Shown: piece after piece, positions 29,695 to 36,729 of the stretch
How the letters are laid out: each line of letters begins with the position of its first letter
Numbering within the stretch: position 1 is the first letter of the stretch
NCBI GenBank assembly: GCA_964469855.1
Contig: CAYXYW010000004.1
Span: 1 to 36,729 of the forward strand
Origin: an uncultured Bifidobacterium sp.
GTDB lineage: Bacteria; Actinomycetota; Actinomycetes; S36-B12; UBA5976
Direction of reading: 5' to 3'
Length of the DNA stretch: 36,729 nucleotides
Made by a program: the position numbers and the translations under genes
The notes under the pieces: generated by a model
What the model was told of the DNA's origin: nothing
What the model saw: the letters and a program-made list of their open reading frames with translations, nothing else
Databases searched by the model: none

Positions 29695-31578
29695 ATGAGT
29701 AAACATTTAGCACATTTGCCAGTTAAATCTCGAGATGAATTGCGGAATATCGCAATCATCGCTCACGTTGATCATGGTAAGACCACATTAGTTGATGCCA
29801 TGTTGTGGCAATCTGGGGCATTTGCGGCACATAAAGATCAAGCCGAGGGGCAAGATCGAATTATGGATTCAAATGATTTAGAGCGGGAAAAGGGCATCAC
29901 AATTTTGGCCAAAAACACTGCTGTAAAACGTGGTGACCGGATTGTGAACATTATTGATACGCCCGGACACGCTGACTTTGGTGGTGAAGTTGAGCGCGGT
30001 TTGGAAATGGTTGATGGCGTGCTGTTGTTAGTAGATGCCTCCGAAGGCCCGCTGCCACAAACTCGGTTCGTATTGCGAAAAGCACTTCAAAAAGAACTTC
30101 CGGTTATTTTGGTGATTAACAAAGTAGATCGACCTGATGCGCGAATCAAAGAAGTTGTTGATGAAGCATACGAATTGTTTTTAGATCTTGATGCCTCTGA
30201 GGAACAAATAGAATTTCCAATTATTTATGCATCAGCAAAAGCAGGTAAAGCATCAACAACTCGTCCTGACGATGGTGGTATGCCTGACCAAGAAAATCTA
30301 GATGTGTTATTTGAAACTATCTTCAACACTATTCCAGCACCGAAATATCATGAGGGTGCACCATTACAGGCACATGTAACTAATTTAGATTCATCACCAT
30401 ATTTAGGCAGGCTTGCTATTTGTCGCGTTCGAGAAGGAGAAATTAAGCGCGGCCAAAGTGTTGCTTGGATTAAAGCGGATGGCTCAGTCAGCCGAGTTCG
30501 AATTGCTGAACTGTTAATGAATGATGCACTAGAACGCGTTCCGGCTGAAACTGCAGGTCCAGGCGACATCATTGCTGTTGCTGGAATTGAAGATATCACT
30601 CTTGGTGAAACGCTTGCCGATGCTGAAAATCCAGTTGCACTGCCATTAATTACAGTTGATGAACCAAGTATCTCAATGACTATTGGAGTTAATTCATCAC
30701 CACTTGCTGGTCAATCTGGCACTAAGTTAACGGCTCGGTTGGTTAAGAGCCGACTTGATGCTGAGTTGATTGGAAATGTTTCACTTCGAGTATTGAATAC
30801 CGATCGCTCTGATACTTGGGAAGTGCAGGGTCGAGGCGAACTGCAACTAGCTGTGTTAGTTGAGATGATGCGACGTGAAGGTTTTGAACTAACTGTTGGT
30901 AAGCCACAAGTTGTGACCAAGATGGTTGATGGAAAGCTTCATGAACCAATGGAGCGACTAACAATTGATGCACCAGAAGAATATTTAGGTGTAATTACCC
31001 AGTTGATGGCGCTTCGTAAGGGGCGAATGGAACAGATGGTTAACCATGGTTCAGGTTGGATGCGCATGGACTATCGAGTTCCATCCCGTGGCCTAATTGG
31101 CTTTAGAACAGAATTTTTAACTGAAACACGGGGCACCGGATTGTTGCACCATGTTTTCGATGGTTACGAACCTTGGCATGGTGAGATTAAATTCCGTCCT
31201 ACTGGCTCATTGGTATCTGATCGACGTGGCGTAGTCACTTCATATGCAATCTTCTCATTGCAAGAACGCGGCACAATATTTGTTGAGCCAGGCATGGAAG
31301 TTTATGAAGGAATGATTGTTGGCGAAAATGCACGAGCTGATGACATGGATGTGAATGCAGTGCGAGAGAAGAAGCTAACAAATATGCGTGCTGCTGGATC
31401 TGATGATGCTGAACGACTAATTCCACCGAAACGCCTAAATATGGAACAGGCATTGGAATTTTGTCGAGAAGACGAATGTGTTGAGGTCACACCTGCAATG
31501 GTACGAATTCGCAAAGTAATGTTGGATCAAAACGATCGCGCTCGAGCTGCTAATAAGGCAAAGCGAGCAAACTCTTGA
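29695..31578 (+). CDS. typA: Translational GTPase TypA/BipA
   Basis: [49 protein letters not shown]. Confidence 0.98.
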   Translation: MSKHLAHLPVKSRDELRNIAIIAHVDHGKTTLVDAMLWQSGAFAAHKDQAEGQDRIMDSNDLEREKGITILAKNTAVKRGDRIVNIIDTPGHADFGGEVERGLEMVDGVLLLVDASEGPLPQTRFVLRKALQKELPVILVINKVDRPDARIKEVVDEAYELFLDLDASEEQIEFPIIYASAKAGKASTTRPDDGGMPDQENLDVLFETIFNTIPAPKYHEGAPLQAHVTNLDSSPYLGRLAICRVREGEIKRGQSVAWIKADGSVSRVRIAELLMNDALERVPAETAGPGDIIAVAGIEDITLGETLADAENPVALPLITVDEPSISMTIGVNSSPLAGQSGTKLTARLVKSRLDAELIGNVSLRVLNTDRSDTWEVQGRGELQLAVLVEMMRREGFELTVGKPQVVTKMVDGKLHEPMERLTIDAPEEYLGVITQLMALRKGRMEQMVNHGSGWMRMDYRVPSRGLIGFRTEFLTETRGTGLLHHVFDGYEPWHGEIKFRPTGSLVSDRRGVVTSYAIFSLQERGTIFVEPGMEVYEGMIVGENARADDMDVNAVREKKLTNMRAAGSDDAERLIPPKRLNMEQALEFCREDECVEVTPAMVRIRKVMLDQNDRARAANKAKRANS

Positions 31579-31615
31579 TTCCGTTTGTGTAAACTACACA
31601 AATGGAACAATTTTT
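31579..31615 (+). terminator. Probable typA terminator overlapping the antiporter start
   Basis: 13-bp stem TTCCGTTTGTGTA / TACACAAATGGAA (one G-U pair), 3-nt loop, followed by CAATTTTT. Confidence 0.55.
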
Positions 31616-32792
31616 CGTAGCGCAATTGCTGGTTCCCACCGCTAATCCTGTTGGATTTGATGCCCTTATCTTGGCTGAAATGGGCGGAATATTGCTACTG
31701 CTTGGAATTTTGGCGTTCATTGCAACCAAAGTTCGACTCTCAGTTGTTCCATTATTTATTGGTATGGGCCTTGCTTTCGGTAATGGCGGAATTGTTGGTG
31801 TTGGTTTAAGCGAAGACTTTTTACTAATCGGTGCCCAAATTGGTGCCATCTTGCTGTTGTTATTACTCGGCTTGGAATATTCCGCGCGCGAAATTGGCGA
31901 CTCACTGAAATTGCGCTGGAAAGCTGGGCTCTATGACATTTTGTTCAATGCAACACCAGGTACAATCATCGCACTAGTTCTTGGTTGGGGAATTCCTGGT
32001 GCCATTATTTTAGGTGGCATAACTTATGTCTCCAGCTCTGGTATTGCTGCGCAATTGATTCGAGAGTCTGGATTTCAAAGATCAGAAACTGCTAGAAGAA
32101 CTGTTGGAATTCTAGTTTTTGAAGATCTCGCACTTGCACCCTATTTACCAGTTGCCAGTGCTGTGATTTCCGCTGCCGGCGTTCTAGTTGGGGCTATCTC
32201 AGTTTCAGTTGCATTAGTAGTTATTGGTTTAGTTATTTTAATAAGTATCAAACGAGAACATTTTCTTTCTAATTTTCTCAACACTCAAAACGCAACTGGT
32301 TTATTGCTCACAGTATTTGGTGCAGCGTTGCTATTTGCTGGTCTGGCCGAACTAGCAGGCGTATCTGGCGCGATCGCAGCATTTCTAGTTGGCCTTCTAC
32401 TCTCTGGCGATGTCGCGGCAGTAGCTCGTGCTCGACTTTCACCGTTGCGCGATTTTTTCTCAGCTCTATTTTTCTTATTCTTTGGGTTAATAACTAATCC
32501 TGCCGACATAATTGGCGTGCTACCCATTGCTTTACTTCTAACTGGTCTTGGTGTTGGTGGGAAGTTTCTTGTCGCTAAATTAATGGCTGCTGAGATGTCT
32601 GATCCGATGAGTTGGCTTCGAATTGGTGCATTTCTAACACCGCGCGGAGAATTTTCAATTGTTATCGCAGGTTTAGCACTAGGTGCACCATTTGCTAATC
32701 AATTACTACCTATTGCGTTGACTTATGTGTTGCTAACCACGCTAACCGGATCAATTCTGATAAAAGTATTTCGCAGTAAGTTTGATTCATAG
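31602..32792 (+). CDS. Cation:proton antiporter, CPA2 family (KhtU/CpeB-like)
   Basis: Multi-pass membrane protein; LGLEYS, SSSGIAA, LVFEDL, PLRDFF, PRGEFSIVIA motifs. Confidence 0.9.
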   Translation: MEQFFVAQLLVPTANPVGFDALILAEMGGILLLLGILAFIATKVRLSVVPLFIGMGLAFGNGGIVGVGLSEDFLLIGAQIGAILLLLLLGLEYSAREIGDSLKLRWKAGLYDILFNATPGTIIALVLGWGIPGAIILGGITYVSSSGIAAQLIRESGFQRSETARRTVGILVFEDLALAPYLPVASAVISAAGVLVGAISVSVALVVIGLVILISIKREHFLSNFLNTQNATGLLLTVFGAALLFAGLAELAGVSGAIAAFLVGLLLSGDVAAVARARLSPLRDFFSALFFLFFGLITNPADIIGVLPIALLLTGLGVGGKFLVAKLMAAEMSDPMSWLRIGAFLTPRGEFSIVIAGLALGAPFANQLLPIALTYVLLTTLTGSILIKVFRSKFDS

Positions 32793-32832
32793 CACCTGCT
32801 GCATAAATATGCTGATGTGAGAAACTTCGCTC

Positions 32833-33243
32833 ATGGAATCTATTGCTCTGGTGCTAGCGGTGTTGTTATCAGCCACTTTGGTTGGTTTTGGTTATCAACG
32901 CAGCCGCGGCCGGATCAAAGCAACAATCAAAGATTCTCAACTGAATGTTGGTGCTCGAATTGGCGAAACTTTGGGTGATCGCGCCACTTTGGTGCAGTTT
33001 TCTAGCGCATTTTGCACGCCTTGCCGCACCACCAGAACCTTGTTAAGCCAGGTGATTACCGACTACCCCGGGATTAAGCACATTGAGATTGATGCTGAAT
33101 CTAATTTGGAGCTAGTCCGAGAATTGAATGTGAAATCGACACCAACCACAGTAATTCTTGATGACAAAGGTTTTGAAATATCCCGTGCTGTTGGCGCACC
33201 CCGTCGATCTGATGTGGTTGCAACACTAAATGCAATTCGCTAA
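32833..33243 (+). CDS. Membrane-anchored thioredoxin (ThiX-like)
   Basis: N-terminal TM, QFSSAFCTPCR CxxC, STPTT cis-Pro loop. Confidence 0.88.
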   Translation: MESIALVLAVLLSATLVGFGYQRSRGRIKATIKDSQLNVGARIGETLGDRATLVQFSSAFCTPCRTTRTLLSQVITDYPGIKHIEIDAESNLELVRELNVKSTPTTVILDDKGFEISRAVGAPRRSDVVATLNAIR

Positions 33244-33296
33244 ATGCAATAATTTCGCAATTAGCCTTATTTGATTTGCTCGTCTATATTCACCCT

Positions 33297-33377
33297 ATGT
33301 TTTCCAATGAGATCAAAATTTTTACTCGTCGCAGGGAGATCATCTACTGCCGGCTAGCCGGAACATTGTGTTGTTAG
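33297..33377 (+). CDS. Leaderless Cys-rich leader peptide, 26 aa (Ms5788A-like attenuator sORF)
   Basis: Not in ORF track; MFSNEIKIFTRRREIIYCRLAGTLCC*; TATATT -10 6 nt before ATG; ends 39 nt before the DUF4395 start. Confidence 0.8.
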   Translation: MFSNEIKIFTRRREIIYCRLAGTLCC

Positions 33378-33411
33378 TTTGAATCCATTTAAACCAACAA
33401 CAAACTAAGGA
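33369..33411 (+). promoter_or_regulatory. Putative attenuator hairpins between the leader peptide Cys codons and the DUF4395 SD
   Basis: 33369-33383 pairs with 33388-33402; alternatively TTAGTTTG (33374-33381) pairs with CAAACTAA (33401-33408), touching SD AAGGA (33407-33411). Confidence 0.6.
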
Positions 33412-33416
33412 AAACA

Positions 33417-33878
33417 ATGTCAAACACAAATTCAATCAATACAGCTTCAAAAACATCTCAAGAAATAGACGCGCGCGGCCCTAGATTCGGCGCGGCAATC
33501 ACCACTTTGGTGCTAGCGACTGTGCTGATAACCCAATCCATTGAACTTCTTGCTCTTCAAACTGCAGTATTTGCAATTGGTGGATTCATCGGACCGCAGC
33601 ATTCGCCTTATGCGTTCATTTATCGAAAAATAGTTAAGCCACGACTGAAGTCGCCATTGGTAACTGAAGATAGTCGACCACCACAGTTTGCCCAGCTGGT
33701 TGGGTTTGGTTTCGCGTTGACTGGCTTCATTGCGCTGGCAACGGGATTTGAAATTATTTTCAACATAGCAATAGCTAGTGCACTTTTTGCTGCTTTCTTA
33801 AATGCAGCATTTGCCTTTTGCTTGGGTTGCGAGATGTATCTTCGAGGGAAGCGACTTATTTCCAAGTTTCGCTCTTAG
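33417..33878 (+). CDS. DUF4395-family membrane protein
   Basis: IDARGPRFGA, EDSRPPQFAQLVG, AAFLNAAFAFCLGCEMY motifs. Confidence 0.92.
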   Translation: MSNTNSINTASKTSQEIDARGPRFGAAITTLVLATVLITQSIELLALQTAVFAIGGFIGPQHSPYAFIYRKIVKPRLKSPLVTEDSRPPQFAQLVGFGFALTGFIALATGFEIIFNIAIASALFAAFLNAAFAFCLGCEMYLRGKRLISKFRS

Positions 33879-33901
33879 ATACTTCGGCTACCATACTAGG
33901 T

Positions 33902-35215
33902 ATGCGCAAGTTCAGCCTGATTGTCACCATCGCAATATTGCTTGCGGCCTGTGGAAATGATTCGGCAGAACCCAAAACCACTTACGAAGTTCTCGAAGCA
34001 CAAACGTTAGCACTCCCGTGCGGCGAATCAGATCCTGATGTTAAGCGGTATTTGATAACCAAATCACGAACACAACTGGGCGCAATAACAGCAAGCGCAT
34101 GCGGCTATCCAGACAGCGAATATGGTCCAATCACAATTTTAGCTATCTCAAAGAACCAAGAGTCTGGTGTTGAAGTGCTATCCGAAGCAGAAAGTTTCTG
34201 GATTGGTAACGAATCAAGATTCATAGTTACTGATAATGGCTGGGAGTTAGCTGGACTTGTTGGCAATGGTTTTGATGGAGATGAAGCAATATTCAAAACT
34301 GACTTAGTTACTGATCAGTGGCAAGGAAGTATTGAAGTTCTACCAAAACCTCATCCAGTTTCAATAAAGTCGCTAATGAAAACTCCTCTTGACGGCAAAA
34401 ACTTAAGAATAGTTCGACAAGTATCTGCAACAAGCAGCTATAAGCGCTACGCAGTTACCTATAAAAGTGGCGAGCTAACTATTAGCGGCATCATGAATGT
34501 ACCTAATGGTGATGGACCATTCCCAGCACTAGTGCTTGGCCATGGCTATATCGATCCTCGAATTTATACATCAGGTCGTGGCCTGGCTCGCGAGCAAGAC
34601 TATTTAGCCAAGAATGGCTACATTGTTTTACACACCGATTATCGAAATCATGCTGGTAGTGATGATGATCCAGAAAATAACATTAAATTCCGACAAGGGT
34701 ATGTGCTAGATATCGTTAATGCCGCGCTCGCGCTACGCGGATCTGATCTTCCGCAATTGGACGACACTCGAATTGGCTATCTCGGTAGATCCATGGGTGG
34801 TGGCATTGGATATCAAGCAATGGTTGCTTTCCCATATGTATTCAATACATATGTTTTGTATGCGCCAACAAGCGCGGATTATGCCGACAACTTCAATCGC
34901 TGGGGTCGGGTAGCGGCTGACTTCGCACAAGAAGTATCTGACACTTATGGTCTACCTGAAGACAACCCAGAATTTTGGGCTGGGATTTCGGCACTTAACT
35001 ATTTTGATCAGGTTGCTGAGCCAGTTCTAATCCACCACGGCACTTTGGATGACAGCTGCGAGATTGATTGGTCACGAAGAGCTGCTGCAGAACTTAAAGC
35101 CCAAGGTAAAGACGTTGAGTTAATTGAATACGTCGGTGAATACCATGCGTTTTATCGGGACTGGACCCTTTCCATGGAGCGAACCGTGGCTTTCTTGAAA
35201 CGTACGATGAAATAG
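33902..35215 (+). CDS. Lipoprotein with C-terminal alpha/beta hydrolase (S9 peptidase-like) domain
   Basis: ATG at 33902, lipobox LAAC; GHGY, DYRNH, nucleophile GRSMGG, HGTLDD, EYHAF. Confidence 0.85.
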   Translation: MRKFSLIVTIAILLAACGNDSAEPKTTYEVLEAQTLALPCGESDPDVKRYLITKSRTQLGAITASACGYPDSEYGPITILAISKNQESGVEVLSEAESFWIGNESRFIVTDNGWELAGLVGNGFDGDEAIFKTDLVTDQWQGSIEVLPKPHPVSIKSLMKTPLDGKNLRIVRQVSATSSYKRYAVTYKSGELTISGIMNVPNGDGPFPALVLGHGYIDPRIYTSGRGLAREQDYLAKNGYIVLHTDYRNHAGSDDDPENNIKFRQGYVLDIVNAALALRGSDLPQLDDTRIGYLGRSMGGGIGYQAMVAFPYVFNTYVLYAPTSADYADNFNRWGRVAADFAQEVSDTYGLPEDNPEFWAGISALNYFDQVAEPVLIHHGTLDDSCEIDWSRRAAAELKAQGKDVELIEYVGEYHAFYRDWTLSMERTVAFLKRTMK

Positions 35216-35299
35216 CCGGAACGGCCGGCCAATCAATCTTAGTTATGCCATCGCGTCGCTGGCTCAGATAAGATTCACCGAAATACGCTTGGAGATAAC

Positions 35300-36729
35300 A
35301 TGTCAACTCAAATGATTCCGCATTGGATCGCTGGTAAGGAATTTATTGGTGAGAGCAAAAGAACTGCCCCGGTCTATAACCCAGCAACTGGTGAAGTAAC
35401 TAAATCAGTAGTGCTAGCTAATCAAGCTGATATTGCGGCTGCTGCTAATGCTGCGGCTGCTGCATTTCCAGCCTGGCGTGACACCTCACTTGCTAAACGT
35501 CAGCAAATTATTTTTAACTTTCGCGAACTCTTAAATGCCAGAAAACAAGAGCTTGCTGAAATCATTACCAGCGAGCACGGCAAAGTGATCTCTGATGCGT
35601 TGGGTGAAATTACTCGTGGCCAAGAAGTAGTTGAATTCGCTGTTGGTATCCCAGAGTTGTTAAAAGGCTTTTACAGCGAGAACGCCTCAACTGGGATTGA
35701 TGTTTATTCACTAAGACAGCCGCTAGGTGTGGTAGGCATTATTTCGCCGTTTAACTTTCCAGCAATGGTGCCAATGTGGTTTTATCCAATTGCGATTGCT
35801 GCTGGTAACACTGTAATTATCAAACCATCGGAAAAAGATCCAACTGCTTCAATCTGGATTGGCAAGCTATGGCAAGAGGCTGGTTTGCCAGATGGTGTTT
35901 ATAACGTTTTGAATGGTGATAAAGAAGCAGTTGGCGGACTGCTAGAAAATGAGATTGTTCAATCTATTTCATTTGTTGGTTCCACACCAATTGCAAAATA
36001 CATTTACGAGAATGCCAGCAAACATGGTAAACGCGTTCAAGCGTTAGGTGGCGCAAAAAATCACATGTTGGTGTTGCCAGATGCCGACTTAGATTTAGTT
36101 GCAGATAGCGCAGTTAATGCCGGATTTGGCTCAGCAGGTGAACGTTGCATGGCTATATCAGTAGTTGTTGCTGTTGAACCTATTGCTGATCCGTTGATTG
36201 CCAAAATAACTGAACGGATGGCGGCGCTCAAAGTGGGCGATGGGCGTAAATCTTGCGACATGGGACCTCTGGTAACCAGAGAGCACCGGGATAAAGTTGC
36301 TGGATATATTGATATTGCCATTAACGACGGAGCGAAAGTTGTCGTCGATGGTCGAAATGTGAATCCCGATGGTGACAAGAATGGTTTTTGGCTCGGCCCT
36401 ACTTTGATTGATGAAGTGCCAACAAATTCAAAGGTATATACCGAAGAGATTTTTGGTCCAGTGCTATCAATCGTCCGCGTGAAAAGCTACGAAGAGGGTG
36501 TGAAGTTAATTAACTCTGGTGCGTTTGGAAATGGCACTGCCATTTTCACTAACGATGGTGGCGCTGCTCGTCGCTTCCAATATGAGATTGAAGTGGGCAT
36601 GATCGGTATCAATGTGCCAATTCCTGTGCCAGTTGCTTATCACTCATTTGGTGGTTGGAAGCAATCGATGTTTGGTGACACTAAAGCACATGGTGTTGAA
36701 GGCGTTCACTTTTTCACCAGAGCTAAGGC
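35300..36729 (+). CDS. mmsA: CoA-acylating methylmalonate-semialdehyde dehydrogenase, runs off the window edge
   Basis: Not in ORF track; GGAG SD and ATG at 35300: MSTQMIPHWIAG...YNPATGE...PFNFPAMVPMW...KPSEKDP...ALGGAKNHM...AGERCMA...EEIFGPV. Confidence 0.94.
   Translation, partial: MSTQMIPHWIAGKEFIGESKRTAPVYNPATGEVTKSVVLANQADIAAAANAAAAAFPAWRDTSLAKRQQIIFNFRELLNARKQELAEIITSEHGKVISDALGEITRGQEVVEFAVGIPELLKGFYSENASTGIDVYSLRQPLGVVGIISPFNFPAMVPMWFYPIAIAAGNTVIIKPSEKDPTASIWIGKLWQEAGLPDGVYNVLNGDKEAVGGLLENEIVQSISFVGSTPIAKYIYENASKHGKRVQALGGAKNHMLVLPDADLDLVADSAVNAGFGSAGERCMAISVVVAVEPIADPLIAKITERMAALKVGDGRKSCDMGPLVTREHRDKVAGYIDIAINDGAKVVVDGRNVNPDGDKNGFWLGPTLIDEVPTNSKVYTEEIFGPVLSIVRVKSYEEGVKLINSGAFGNGTAIFTNDGGAARRFQYEIEVGMIGINVPIPVPVAYHSFGGWKQSMFGDTKAHGVEGVHFFTRAK

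Noticed and set aside
31585-31601. TTGTGTAAACTACACAA as a Rex box
   Set aside because: 17 bp rather than the 18-bp TTGTGAA-N4-TTCACAA spacing, with mismatches; better explained as terminator plus promoter
33818-33901. Upstream extension of the hydrolase ORF into DUF4395
   Set aside because: The signal peptide and lipobox begin at ATG 33902
326-36378. Many 60-135 aa antisense or alternate-frame ORFs in the track
   Set aside because: They lie within or across well-supported genes and show no recognisable motifs
1-36729. CRISPR arrays, tRNA/rRNA, IS elements, prophage, defence systems, frameshifted pseudogenes
   Set aside because: No repeat-spacer pattern, transposase, integrase or broken frame seen; intergenic gaps are short and mostly explained

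Overview
A gene-dense core-genome segment from a streamlined, relatively low-GC actinobacterium (GC roughly mid-40s % by eye; gene content and order suggest a freshwater Nanopelagicales/acI-like lineage, which is inference). It carries compacted versions of classic actinobacterial blocks: ppx-proC-bS22-glutaredoxin-rex-hemD-phosphatase-tlpA-ccdA-resB; a Cys-rich gene plus radA; clpC; ppc; tilS-hpt-ftsH-folEPBK-DUF3180-panC-coaX-lysS-argA; hppA; ptpA-copD/ctaG; typA; a CPA2 antiporter; thioredoxin; DUF4395; a lipoprotein hydrolase; and mmsA. No mobile element, CRISPR, tRNA or rRNA was seen. Four genes missing from the ORF track were found: partial resB, bS22, a 26-aa Cys-ending leader peptide and partial mmsA. 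Most notable: (1) an orphan CobA-HemD fusion with altered catalytic motifs, kept where hemA/C/B/L are absent; (2) a leaderless Cys leader peptide with alternative hairpins, probably a cysteine attenuator for DUF4395; (3) local absence of both disA and the antiporter's usual RCK_C partner; (4) a K+-independent H+-PPase where ppa usually lies and ppc where lsr2 usually lies; (5) many apparent leaderless promoters. All absences are local to this window only.
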